Made by a program: the position numbers and the translations under genes. Below are positions 1-12,413 of a DNA stretch of 64,000 nt, piece by piece. Origin of the DNA: Naegleria gruberi (Eukaryota); the NCBI GenBank assembly GCA_000004985.1, contig GG738845.1; one strand, 5' to 3'. How positions within the stretch are numbered: the stretch's first letter is position 1; each line of letters starts with the position of its first letter. The notes beneath the pieces were generated by a model. It saw nothing but the letters and a program-made list of their open reading frames with translations. It was not told the origin of the DNA and did not search any database.

Positions 1-838
<838 letters not shown>

Positions 839-844
839 ACTTTA

Positions 845-1833
845 TCACTTTTTAAACGATTTTTGTTTTTCTATCTTTGATAATTGCAAAGCTTCTTGAA
901 TACTTTTTTCCAATTTTCCAATTTCACTTTCTACTTCATTGGCAAAATTTAGAAGCTCGTTTAGGTTTTTGTTGTCTATCAATTCCTCAGAAACTTCTCT
1001 ACATTCTGTGCAGTGGTAATGGAATGAATTGGTGGCATGATCCAATTTTTTGACTTTGTCGATACTGCAACATTTTGTGCAAAAGGCATGCCCACATGTA
1101 AATATCTTGGGTCGAAGCGTTGGTTCTTTGCAATGACAACACTTAGTATATCTCTCAACACCTTCGTAGAGCACCTTAATTCTGAATGCCACCCTCTCAG
1201 AAGAAGCAACCTTTTGAGCTAAGGAATCATAAATTTTTCTCAGATAATCATTACGATTTCTAAGTTCGTATAAAAGATGCGAATCAACTTGAGTAGGCGT
1301 TGTAATACTTTCTTCCGCATTGACTTGACTTAGTCCCTGAAGCACTTGTTTTTCTTGTTGGTTTTTGATTAAAGAGTTGTCGAAAAACATGAAAGGATTC
1401 TTTTGGTGTGGAGAAGTTTGGGCAGTACCCTTACTTTTTTGATATTCATATAATTGATCTCTCAACTGAAAAAATATAACTTCTCGATCAGTTATTATGT
1501 ACTTACGTAAGATACAGTGTCTCTAGTTCTAGATAAATTTTCATGAAGCTCTTTGTTAACCATAAACATTTCAAAAAGAGCTTTTTCATTCAAGGTCCCA
1601 TCTTCATTAAAGAAGTGTTTAATGAAATCAGCCATTAAATCCTGTTTTTCTTTGTTGGATAATTTGTCATCATTCGACATTATTTTAGAAAGGGTTTGTT
1701 CTGCAGTTTTTGCAGGTCTTCCATTAATCATTTTATCCATTTCTTTCTTCATGGATTCATATCTTTCTTTATACATAGACATTTCATTAATTAAATTACT
1801 GGCATCATCATATTTTTTCCTCAGATCTGCCAT
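845..1833 (-). CDS. Coiled-coil protein with a C-terminal RING-type zinc finger, likely an E3 ligase-like protein. Two exons (1507..1833 and 845..1465) with a 41-nt intron at 1466..1506.
   Basis: ATG at 1831-1833 (MADLRKKYDD). Exon 1 ends ...TVSY, followed by GTAAGT at minus 1506. The acceptor is ttttttcag at minus 1474-1466. Exon 2 continues in frame LRDQLYEY... The Cys/His pattern CCHC-x12-CGH-x2-C-x2-CC-x15-HYHC-x2-C is near the C-terminus. The M shown by the ORF track at 1465 is actually a TTG codon. Confidence 0.55.
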
Positions 1834-1877
1834 TTGTTCTTTTAATTTCTTCTTTATATCAGTAATTCAGACCTCGT

Positions 1878-3242
1878 TCAACATACCTCTAGTTGTCTTC
1901 TTATTTGTTTATCTTTAATAAAATTATTAACTATATTATCAGATCTATCTTCCTTTACTCCAATAAGCTCGCTCGAATACTTTTTCATTATGTTCTCAAT
2001 TTCTTTTCTCATACTTAATTGAATCTTTTTAACTTTTTCTTTAAAAGCTGATGTAACTTTGAATATAATATCATTAGTCACCTTAACGTGCTCCTCAATA
2101 GTTATTGTTTCTTGGCCTTTTCTTTTTGCCTTTTCTTCCTTCAGATTCAAATAGTAGGAAGTCCTTAATGAGTCATAAATTAATTGTTCAGTTTCAGAAT
2201 TAGGATTGAAATCATTATCCTCATCCTTTTCATCATTTAAAGATATTGTATGAAATTTTGAGGACATATTGTCATCCAGCTTGGAGCTAAAACTATTAGA
2301 AGCTTCCTCCATAAAGTTTCTTATCTTCTTCCTTGCTGTTGATGGAAGAGATTTGGAGCTAGGAATATTTTTAAGACCACTATATCTCCTGGTAGCACCA
2401 GCACTAGCAACTCTGTTGAAAGATGATCTTGCAAAAACAGCGTCAGATCTGGAAGTTAAGGTTACTGATCGTGTGAGATCTTCTTCACTTTTTACCCAAT
2501 TTACCCTTACACTGTTCAAACTATTTCCAAATGCATCTGTTGTTAACATGTCTAGTGTATCAAGAGGTAACTGGGGTATATGGAGCTTGGAACTGAGAGC
2601 TCCAAGCTCTTTGGCAAAAGGTGCTTGTACACTTTTTGGCAAGACATCCAATCCTGCAGATGGGTCCACAGTTGTGGTAAAAACTTGTTGATTGTAAACT
2701 TGTTGCTCACTTCTGACAGTGGGAGAGAGAGGAGGCCTTTCTACAAAACCTCCTCCCTTTGCATTCTTATCTTTTTCAGGATTGTGTCTCAACATTGGAA
2801 ATCGTTTTAGAAGGAATTTTTGTGTATTGATTGGTCTAGAAATGTTAATCATGTCTTCGCTAACTATTTTCCTATCGACATCCGTCAATGAGGGTGGGTA
2901 CAAATCGAAAAGTGCCATTTTGTCCCTCACACCTATTGTTCTCTGTTTCTTTTCTTTCAAGTATGGTCGTTCCTTAAAAACAGGCCTATTAGGCACAGTG
3001 GTTGGTTGAACATTTTCCTTACACAGTTCTTCAGTGGGACCAATTGAAGCATCTTGTTGGGAGAAGGTTTGATTGGATTGCTCGCTTAACGTATTGAAGG
3101 TATCAGAAGAAGAGGTTGGAGTTTGTGCGGGGGATGGTATAGAGAGCCTTACACTATTAATTTGATGAAGATTGAGAGGGGGTACTCCAACTTTTGCTTG
3201 ATGAGGTGTAGATCCCGAAGATGATGAAACTACAACAGACAT
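1878..3242 (-). CDS. Hypothetical Ser/Thr/Pro-rich low-complexity protein, 454 aa.
   Basis: Long uninterrupted ORF on the minus strand, divergently arranged from the GNA1 gene. No recognisable domain. Confidence 0.35.
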   Translation of the reverse strand: MSVVVSSSSGSTPHQAKVGVPPLNLHQINSVRLSIPSPAQTPTSSSDTFNTLSEQSNQTFSQQDASIGPTEELCKENVQPTTVPNRPVFKERPYLKEKKQRTIGVRDKMALFDLYPPSLTDVDRKIVSEDMINISRPINTQKFLLKRFPMLRHNPEKDKNAKGGGFVERPPLSPTVRSEQQVYNQQVFTTTVDPSAGLDVLPKSVQAPFAKELGALSSKLHIPQLPLDTLDMLTTDAFGNSLNSVRVNWVKSEEDLTRSVTLTSRSDAVFARSSFNRVASAGATRRYSGLKNIPSSKSLPSTARKKIRNFMEEASNSFSSKLDDNMSSKFHTISLNDEKDEDNDFNPNSETEQLIYDSLRTSYYLNLKEEKAKRKGQETITIEEHVKVTNDIIFKVTSAFKEKVKKIQLSMRKEIENIMKKYSSELIGVKEDRSDNIVNNFIKDKQIRRQLEVC

Positions 3243-3354
3243 GACCAGTAGGTGTCGATGAAGATGTAGAGGACTATCCTTATCCCAATTTTATCTTTTT
3301 TTTGAAATGAACAGTTTTTGAAAGAGTAATCTTGGCGCCTTTTTAATAAAAAAA
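3243..3354. promoter_or_regulatory. Bidirectional promoter region between the hypothetical Ser-rich gene (-) and GNA1 (+).
   Basis: A 112-nt spacer between divergent start codons, AT-rich, with the A-run Kozak-like context aaaaaaaATG. Confidence 0.3.
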
Positions 3355-3909
3355 ATGAAGAGAGAAGAAACAACCATCGAGAGACGTCTAACCCAGCTGA
3401 AAACGCATCTGATCGGGTTTGACAATGATCATGTTGAGATTAATTCAACAAGCAATACCGATCCTAACAGCATTGTTTTTAATGCCAGACCAATAGAAAA
3501 TGATGATTTTGACAAGGGATATTTGCAATTACTTTCGCAACTCACTTCTGTTGGTGATATTTCAAAGGAGGCTTTCACACATCGTTTATCAAAAATGGAC
3601 AACGATGTTTATAGAATAGTCGTGATTGAAGATCCTACTTCAAAAAAGATTGTTGCTGCAGCAACAGTTTTTGTGGAATTGAAATTTGTACACAATTGTG
3701 GAAAAGTTGGCCATATCGAGGATGTAGTTGTAGATTCTTCTGTAAGAGGTCAGTATTTGGGTGTTAAAGTCATTGAGGCATGTAAGCAATTTGCCAAAGA
3801 AAAGGGTTGTTACAAAACCATATTGGACTGCTCTGAAAGGAATGTTTCATTCTATGAGAGATGTGGATTTAAGAAAAAGGAATTGCAAATGAGATTTGAT
3901 CACGAATAA
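3355..3909 (+). CDS. GNA1: Glucosamine-6-phosphate N-acetyltransferase (GNAT family).
   Basis: ATG is preceded by aaaaa. The translation GYLQLLSQLTSVGD...KIVAAATVFVELKFVHNCGKVGHIEDVVVD...RGQYLG...CYKTILDCSERNVSFYERCGF matches the GNPNAT1/GNA1 acetyl-CoA-binding core. Confidence 0.85.
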   Translation: MKREETTIERRLTQLKTHLIGFDNDHVEINSTSNTDPNSIVFNARPIENDDFDKGYLQLLSQLTSVGDISKEAFTHRLSKMDNDVYRIVVIEDPTSKKIVAAATVFVELKFVHNCGKVGHIEDVVVDSSVRGQYLGVKVIEACKQFAKEKGCYKTILDCSERNVSFYERCGFKKKELQMRFDHE

Positions 3910-3938
3910 AAGAGAATATTAACCATCCAAAAACTTCT

Positions 3939-6900
3939 TTACTTTCTAATCTTTTTCAAATTTTTACATAATGATGTTAAATACTTGTCAGCATTTTGGG
4001 TAACCCTACAAGACCGTAAATTAATTATTTCAAGATTTGGACAACAGTTGGCAATAATTTTGACTTCCTTATCTGTTACAGAGTGTACATTTTCTAGATT
4101 AATATGTTTTACAAACTTTCCTACATTCTTTTTCCAAGATAGAACCTCTTGTTTGAATTTCTCTTGGGCAGCACTCACACTTTCTGCTTCTTCAGGATAG
4201 AATTTTCTGAAGAAATCATTAGTATTAGAAAAGAACATTGTTATTCTCTTTTCTCCATAGTATTGTTTCCAACAATCTTCATGTTGGGAAAAAGATGGAC
4301 AATGCATACCTGAAGCCTCAAATTCCACTTTGTATCTAATAAAGTATAAGATGTCGAATAAAATATCACAATCATTAAGGAATGACAAATCCATCTCCCA
4401 TTGAGACCATTCAAGGAGACTATATTTGTTGAGGGATGACCTAACCAATCTTACAGTAAGAGAATAAATGTCTGGTTCTAAAGCTCTACTACATAGCAGG
4501 TAAATACATGGCAAATCATTTTCAGAGGCAAACTTTTGGAGTATGTTTAAATGAACTTCTCCTTGCTCAATTTGCACTTGTAAGTCAATAAGGAAGGAAG
4601 ATGCAGATTTAGCTTTCAAGTAATTTACAAATATTTCAACAATATCCCAAGGATAATCAAATGATAGGGTATTGGACAGTGTTTTTGATGAGTAGGGTTT
4701 AAACCTCCATTGATTGGTTTCATTGATTGAGACTTCAAATGGAACTTTCTCTATTGAGAGCACAGTAATAAAGGTTGAAGATTTTTCAAACCCCTTTTCT
4801 TGTTTTGAAATATTGGCTGTATGCATAATAGTTGGTAAATGAATTATTGGGACTTGTGCAAGTGTTGGTTGCTGATTACTTATTTTCATTCTTTCCATTG
4901 TTTTCTTCATAGAGTCTAATAATCTATTGTATTCATTTCTTGATGTTGTAATCATTGAATTAATATCAGATTCTTCTAAGTGTCCACCAATCTCAACTTT
5001 CTCATCAAAGAGGTGACTAATTTTATCGAGATACTTGGTATTGTTACAACACTTCTCAAGAATTTTCTCTGACTCCACCAAAGACAATTCATACTGCTCC
5101 ATATCCAACACCAAATCAAAAGTATCCTGTGCAGAAGTTGCAGAGTTTAACATGGCTAATGCATTTTCCATTGACGAGTGAAATAAAGAAACAGAGTTTC
5201 TTATAATTCCATCATAGGCTGCTCCAGCTTCTGAAACGGCTTGCTTCAAAAATTCACTGTCTTGCTCTGAGTTTTCTGTAACTTCTTGGAACATGTTTAA
5301 ATATGTAAGTTGGTAAAATTCTCTTTCTTCTCTAAAGATTTCAATATAGGAATCAGCCTCTTCAAAGAGAGTAACTGAGTCTTTAACCTCTTCCAATGTC
5401 TCTACAACACCAATCATTTCTTCTACAACATCAAATACAACCAATTGTTCACTCCAATCAATTGCTCTCATCAAAGATAACTCAATTATTTCTCCAACAA
5501 TGTTTGAACATACGTCCTTAGATGTCGGTTTGAGTACTGCATCAATATCAATAAAATTATCAAGAGTGCATGGAAGAACGTATTCTTTTGTTACTTGATT
5601 TGTTTTCACAGTATTTGTTTGTCCAATAGTTTTCTTGGCTATGTTTGGTGTTGACGAAACTTTAATGCTTCTATTTGCCCTATTTGTCTTTTTGAATATA
5701 GTGTCACTAATTGAATCCCAAGCATTTGGATCATTGAATGTATATTTTTGGGAAAGACTGATAATAAGAGATTTGAGTTCTACATTCAAACCAGAAACAT
5801 TTTTAGCTGCATCCTTAACACTAACCGATATATTTTCAGGTGTTGCTGTTGTACAAGTACTAGTTATTGAATAGCTTCCTTTCATTGACCAATGCAATAT
5901 TCTATTAGACCATCTAAAAGGAGACCATGTCTTGTGGGCTCTGAGAACCATATTTTGTTTATCATTCGATCCTTGCCTAGCTATTTCGTCAATGGTCGAG
6001 CCATCGTATTCATTTACAAACTTGTTAACATTTGCTTTATAGAGTGAAGATACCAACTCTACAAAGCAATATGAATTCAAGTTTTCAAAAGTATTAAAGG
6101 ATCTCCACATGTACTTTCCTGCCCATGTATCGAGCACATCTTCGTTTTCAACTTGTTCACAATAAACAATAAGAAATATTCTGTTTGTAGTGTCCATTGG
6201 AATAAATTCCAAATCATAAAGAGATCCTAAACTTTCAATACCAAGAGATGATTTCAACTCAAGCATTCCTCGACAGAATTTTTGTTCGAATTTTTCGTAT
6301 TGGTCAATATTGGTCTCTAAATTGACTTGATTTTGTGGGTCTTTTTCAACTGGATAACCAATTTTCTCTCTTAATCTAATACTTTGTATCCATTCCCATT
6401 TTTGTCTGTCTATTAATCCTTTTGAAAGTTTAACATGTGGTATCATCATTCTCTTGTTTTCCTCAACTAGTAACCTAATATTATTTTTTGGTGTCCAACA
6501 CCATCTCAGGTAACACAAATATAAACCTTCATCTAGAGGCTTTGTGCTTGCTTGAAATTGTTTGGAAAAACTTATTATATTTTCAACAAATCTTGGTCCA
6601 TAATAGGTACTAGATAGTCTCTCGATTCTTTCATTAAAATGATTTATAATTCCTAGACCTTGATATAATCTGTGTTCAAAAACCGATCTTTCTTCCCATA
6701 AGTAATCCTTCACGTTAAATGAAGATCTGTCTTCAATATATTTGCAACTGATCAACATGGCTACTTTTGATTCCTTAATATCAACAATTCTATCATACAA
6801 TAAACCAAGATCACAATTAAATAAGCCTTTCAGCTTTTTGGTAGCTCTAATCATGTCATATTTTAGATTTGGAAACATATTTTCTGGTGGATCTTCTAAG

Positions 6901-8910
6901 TTGGAAATGTGTTCAGACCAATTTTTTCCTAGATCTAGGAGCCACTGATAGTCTGAACAGTCTGTGTTTAAACTTGAAACTGTTGTATATGGATATCTGA
7001 GCTTCTCAGAAGGAAGCATGTTGCAGTTATCCATCAAAATATGTGTGTCAGTATAAAAAAGCATTCCAAAAACAATATCAATGGTAGGACCGTCCAAGAA
7101 CTCTGGAGGAAATGGTACATCAGGTAGTTTTCCCCTTCCTTGCCAGTTATCCAAAATAGGCATTAAAAGTGGTGTTTGGTCAATTAATAGTTCAGTTTTT
7201 TCCAATGTTTCACCGTCTTTCATATTTCCAATCAAAAGTGATAGTTTGTCTCGTATTTTAAGTTCAAAACCCCCATCACTTCTAACAGGACAAATAACTG
7301 ATTCGTTAAACATATCCAGTATTAAAGAAATTTCCTTTTCGTCATTAGGGTTTGTATTGTCCAATCTTAAGCAAAGTGATTGTAGTAAAGCCTTACGATT
7401 TTGAGACTTTCTTATCATAGTTCTTAGATTGATCAAATCGTCTAAGGATATTCTTTTAGTATCAAAAGCGATTGATAGCAAATTCTGGACATCTTCGGGA
7501 TTAAAGGATGATGGACAAGTTGACTCAGCAAATTCAACACTTGCAAGTCTCATATTCAAAATATCTTCATCTGATTCATTTTCATGGATTTTTGAAAACG
7601 CCAAATTAAGTCCTTTCTGAAACTTTTTCAAAGATTTTTGGTTCATTATAAAGATCTCCTTATCTCCATCAATATTAAGTTCAAATTTGACATTATTTCC
7701 TGATTCTAATACCTTAATGGAAAAACTGTCAGCAAGAGAATAACTTTTTACCACTGATCTGGCTGTTCCTGAAAATGATAGCCCTGTTCTAGGGTTGTTA
7801 AGTGTCACTACAATATATGATCCACACCAATCTCTAGCAATCACTAAAACTACATTGTCCTTTTTCTTTTTCGTAGTTTGGCCTGTTAAAATACCTTCAA
7901 CTGCTACTAATACTTTTACATCACCCATACCAACACCAGTGAAAATACTACTTTCAATAGATGCCTCCAACTCTCCTCTTTTTTGTTTAACTGGCACATC
8001 TTCCTGTTGAATAATAGAATCTCGTTTTAAGAATAAGGTACCTCTCATTGATCTGTTTCTACTGGTAGGTGTGGTTGGAGATGGGGAAGTAGGTTCCATA
8101 GTAGTGACCTTTTCGAATTTAATCTTATTCTTTGTGTCTGAATTTGTTGAATCAGCAACAGACACAATATTCGAAACAGCAAAATCTGCAAATACATCAT
8201 CTTGATCAACAGTATCCTGATCGCTTGATGTACTTGTAAAAGATCCCTTGGATATTTCTCCCTTTTCGGTAATATCTTTGTTTGATGCAAAAGAGCCCTT
8301 AGATATTTCCCCCAACACTCCAACAAAAGAACCTTTCCTTGATCCAAATATTTTTGATTTTAAAGTTTTGAAATTTGTCTTTTCTTTTGGAATGGGTATG
8401 TCTGTTTTTTTGTCTAGTGATCGCCTATTTACATCCACTGTTTCGGATTGTGGTGGTGTTGTAACTTTTGGTGAGGAATCACCCTCTGTTTGATTACTAC
8501 CAACAAAAGATGTCGATTTTTGAGATGTTATTGGTGTATTAGGAGGAGTGTCTGAAGAGTTTGAGGAATTGGTTGCCTTATTATTTTCATTTGATGATGA
8601 CGGTTGTGAAGGAAGATCATTACTGTTATCATTATTAGAGTCCAAATCCTCATTTTGCATGTATTCTTCAGTTATTTTTGCCACTAAATCAAAATCCATA
8701 TCAGGTAACTCATACAAAATCTTATTATAAGTTTTGTTAATGTAATATTTTGTTTGTTTCACTTCATCAATACATTCCTTATAAACAAATCTAAGGAATT
8801 AATAGAACTATTCATAGGAAGACTTACTCAATGTCATTGATTGTTTTTCCTTTGGGGAAATAAAGTACATTTCCTGTTTGTTCATCAACATGCCTTACAA
8901 ATCCTTCCAT
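3939..8910 (-). CDS. Large (~1640 aa) multidomain protein of unknown function, with a possible PH/GRAM-like region and an LRR-like C-terminus. Two exons (8829..8910 and 3939..8791) with a 37-nt intron at 8792..8828.
   Basis: Exon 1 (ATG 8908-8910) encodes MEGFVRHVDEQTGNVLYFPKGKTINDIE, followed by GTAAGT. The acceptor is ccttag at minus 8797-8792. Exon 2 continues in frame as FVYKECIDEVKQTKYY..., a 1607-codon ORF. The C-terminus ends ...ANCCPNLEIINLRSCRVTQNADKYLTSLCKNLKKI (LRR_cc-like). The M at 8762 in the ORF track is a GTG codon. Confidence 0.5.
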
Positions 8911-9000
8911 CTACCTTATTTCAATTGTTTGTAACAAATAGAGAGGTAATTTTTTTAATGGGGAGAATGAATTAAAATTAAAATAATAAATAATTAAAAA

Positions 9001-10128
9001 ATGTCTTTCTTCTCCTCGCACTTGTTTTCTCATTGTATCAACACACTTTCATATAGTACATATTATCGGAATATTTGTTGTGTTGGCACTTTTGATTTGA
9101 ATAATTGGTATCATGGAGGAGAAATTAATGTGTGTAAAATATCAAAAGAATTCGATCGGCCAACCATAAAATTATTGGCTTGTCTTGATAACAAGATTGG
9201 TATTCATAAATTGGTCTGGTCAGAGATATTTAAAGAATTAATTACCACAGCAAACCATGACGGAAGTAAGTTACTTTACAGCAAAGTGCACGCTAAATGG
9301 TTTTACCAATTTTTTTAGGTATTTCATTGTGGAATTTGAACGAAACTAAAAAGATTAGCACAACATTGGTAGATAAAGGGTACAATATCACATGTGTTGA
9401 CTGGAATAATTTTAATGATTCTTCAACTTTAATTTTAATAGGTTCCTCCTCTTCAAGAATTAAACTGTTCGATTCCAGAAACCTAGAATATGTGGTTCAA
9501 CAATTTAGTGAACATTCAAAAATTATTAATGATATCAAGTAAGTGGATCTTATTTGAAATCAATATAATGAATTACAGATGGAATAATAATAACAAGGAT
9601 GAATTTGCCAGTGTGAGTGGAGATGGTCTAGTCAAAATTTGGGATAAAAGAGTAAAGAGCAGTGTGATCACCTTATTAGACAAGGAACAGGGTGTGATTC
9701 CAGTTACATCTTGTGATTGGAACAAGGAGAGTGATTGGATACTCGCTGTGGGAAATGAGAATGGTCAATTAGTTATTTGGGATACAAGAAATGACTTGCA
9801 ACCCCTTCAAAGGAGACAAGCTCATTCTTTTAAAATCAATAGTATATCATTTGATACTGTAGATACTAGTCGAGTCATGACTGGTTCTAATGATCATGTA
9901 TTGAGGATATGGAATTTTTCAAAAAATCAACAAGGAATCTATCTTTCACAAGAGCATAAAATTCATAGAGACATTGTCAAAACTGCTGAATGGAATATTC
10001 ATAGTCCAGATGTTGTTACATCTGCAGGATATGATCAAAACATAATTACTATTCCTCTATTTAACATGACACAGGTGAAAGAGTATGAATTGGAAGGAAC
10101 ACTTGTGGTATGTTTTCAACATATTTAA
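9001..10128 (+). CDS. PEX7: Peroxin-7 (PTS2 receptor), a WD40 protein. There are at least three exons, with introns at 9266..9318 (53 nt) and 9539..9578 (40 nt). The extreme 5' exon structure is uncertain.
   Basis: The spliced translation ...LVWSEIFKELITTANHDGS|ISLWNL...CVDWN... |WNNNNKDEF...SCDWNKESDWILAVGNENGQLVIWDTRN...RVMTGSNDHVLRIWNFSKNQ...SPDVVTSAGYDQNIITIP matches the human PEX7 WD repeats (e.g. LSCDWCKYNENLLVTG...RFWNFSK). Donors are GTAAGT. Acceptors are ttttag and ttacag. Confidence 0.8.
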
Positions 10129-10256
10129 TTTAATTTAAAATTTTAAAAAAGACTGAGAAAACAAGAAACATAACTGCTTCTAAATTGTAAAACAAAGGTA
10201 AATTTCTTCAATTTCTTTTAAATTGACTATTAATAATATTTGATTAAAGATAAAAA

Positions 10257-11159
10257 ATGAGCGAACAACTTAAGAGAAAGGAACCAAGCAAACCAACAAC
10301 ACCAGCCAAGAGATACAAAAAACAATATATTCCTTTAGAGGGTATTGTTGACGCATCACAAGCCGACAAACAACAAATTTGGTTGGTAAAAATACCAGAC
10401 TTTATCGATCTTGATAAATACAAGGATGAGGAAACTATTGGTTCCGTTATAATAGAAAAAAATACAACAAGTAATTCGGAAGCCAAATGTTCACTTCACA
10501 TTGAACCTCCTGCAGGAGGAGAAGCACTTACAGTGAGTGACTTTGATTTAATAATGAACAAGAAGAAAACTCCTATGTATGTGTTTGGTATGACTAAACT
10601 AACAGAGGAAGAAACACAAGAGAGAGAAAGACTAAGACAAAGGAAAAAAAGTGAACCTCTTTTGGAATTGAAGTATATTGATGACACTAAAATTAATATT
10701 GCTGGACATATTGATCAATCATGTAATGCCGTTGTGAAATTTGGACAAGCCTATGGACAATTATCTAAAAATCGTGTATTACAATCCAACCAGAAAGAAA
10801 AAAAGGCAGTGCAAGTTGCTGAATCTCAATCCACCAAAAAGAGCGTTAACCTTTTGGATGCATATAGAGATGGAAAGAAGGATGATACACCTAGAGACAA
10901 TCGTGTCAGGGAAGATGGTGAAAAAATCAAAGCAAAAATTTTCTCTCTCTACAAGGAAAGACAATATTGGAAAATGGAAGAACTTGCAAATATTACAGAC
11001 CAACCTACACAACATGTCAAAACCATTTTGAGCTCTATTTGTGTCTACAACAAGTCAGGTGAATACAAAGGTTACTATCAATTAAAACCAGAATATGCAA
11101 TTGATGAATCAAAAAAAATTGGTACTCACGATTTGGGAGAAGAAGAAGAATGGGAATAG
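10257..11159 (+). CDS. GTF2F2: General transcription factor IIF subunit beta (RAP30/Tfg2).
   Basis: The C-terminal winged helix ...IFSLYKERQYWKMEELANITDQPTQHVKTILSSICVYNKSGEYKGYYQLKPEY matches TFIIF-beta (LKPEY motif). ATG is preceded by aaaaa. TAG stop. Confidence 0.75.
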   Translation: MSEQLKRKEPSKPTTPAKRYKKQYIPLEGIVDASQADKQQIWLVKIPDFIDLDKYKDEETIGSVIIEKNTTSNSEAKCSLHIEPPAGGEALTVSDFDLIMNKKKTPMYVFGMTKLTEEETQERERLRQRKKSEPLLELKYIDDTKINIAGHIDQSCNAVVKFGQAYGQLSKNRVLQSNQKEKKAVQVAESQSTKKSVNLLDAYRDGKKDDTPRDNRVREDGEKIKAKIFSLYKERQYWKMEELANITDQPTQHVKTILSSICVYNKSGEYKGYYQLKPEYAIDESKKIGTHDLGEEEEWE

Positions 11160-11269
11160 AATATTTTGTAAATAAACTCTTTGTAAACATTCTCCCATTA
11201 TTTAAACGGTATCCGTCAAATTTAATTATGTGAAAAAAAGATATCCGTTATTCATAATTGTGTTAAAAA

Positions 11270-12319
11270 ATGTCATCATCATCTGTTCAACAAGGTTTGT
11301 AGCTTCTCTTAGGATCCTGTGAACACAAAATTAAACACTCATTAAAGGCTCGGAATATTGGCCTCATGTAAAAGGTTTTTTAGCAGGAGTGAGTAGTGGT
11401 GTTGCAAAGTTAGTTGTTGGTCATCCGTTCGAGTAAGTATTGATTTCCAAAATATTATTAAATAATATCTTGTTTTTAGTACTGTCAAAGGTTTGTTAAT
11501 ATTTAAAGGTGGTGTTAATGTGGACATTAAAATATAGTTAGATTACAAACAGAGGGATATCATGGTAAATTCTCTGGTCCTATTGATTGTCTTGTTCAAA
11601 CTGCCAAGAAAGAAGGAGTGAAAGGTCTTTATAAAGGTGCATTGGTTCCTTTGTTTGGCTGGTCAATTATGGATAGTGTTTTACTTGGAACTGTTACTTA
11701 TGTAAGAAAATATATAAAGGAATCAAGCAAAGATCCAAATTATCAATTAACAATACTGGACCATTCTATTGCTGGATTTGTTGGTGGTATGACTTGCAGT
11801 TTTGTGGCTAATCCTATTGAACAAATTAAATCAAGACTCCAAGTTCAATATAATTGGGATACTTCTACTCAAAGGTACAAAGGACCTGGAGATTGCATGA
11901 AACAACTTTACCGTAATCATGGTGTGGCAGGATTTTATACAGGAATGACAGGAACATTGTGGTTCCGTTCATTTTGTTCAGTTTACATTGGATCCTATGA
12001 ATATTTCAAACAATTAGGAAATGAATATAGGGTACCAACTACTCTAAATAACTTTATTGCTGGAGGAAGTGCTGCAACAGTAATGTGGATTGGATGTTTC
12101 CCTGCAGACACAGTGAAAAATAGAATCATGTCACAACCAGATGTTCCAAAAGATCAATTGAAATATAAGGGCTTGATTGATTGTGTGAAAAAGATTTATG
12201 TTAATGAAGGAGGGTTGAAAGGATTTTATCGTGGATTTGTTCCATGCCTATTGAGATCATTCCCAACAAATGGAGCCTCATTCTTAGCTTGGGAATTTAC
12301 AATGAAATGGCTTTCTTAA
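11270..12319 (+). CDS. Mitochondrial carrier family protein, in the carnitine/acylcarnitine or basic-amino-acid carrier clade. Four exons: 11270..11294, 11348..11432, 11480..11490 (an 11-nt micro-exon) and 11538..12319.
   Basis: The spliced product MSSSSVQQ|GSEYWPHVKGFLAGVSSGVAKLVVGHPF(D)|TVK|VRLQTEGYHGKFSGPIDC... reconstitutes the canonical PxD/ExxK/RxQ signature (GHPFDTVKVRLQT), only if the 11-nt exon is included. Three carrier repeats follow. Introns are 53, 47 and 47 nt with GT..AG ends. Confidence 0.8.
11480..11490 (+). other. 11-nt micro-exon (tactgtcaaag) within the mitochondrial carrier gene.
   Basis: It is flanked by the acceptor tgtttttag|t and the donor g|gtttgt. It is needed to keep the frame and to produce the conserved D-T-V-K residues of the carrier motif. 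Confidence 0.7.
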
Positions 12320-12413
12320 ATTATATGCATATGTTTAATTTCTTCTTATTGTTGTAAATAAAACGAAAATGTTACCTTTTTCCTTTGTGCACTATTAAAC
12401 ACATTTAAAAAAA

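Noticed and set aside
9001-9265. Possible extra intron inside the first PEX7 exon (around 9060..9160)
   Set aside because: Several GT..AG pairs exist. None could be shown to improve the alignment to the PEX7 N-terminus unambiguously. The exon was left unsplit and its 5' structure flagged as uncertain.
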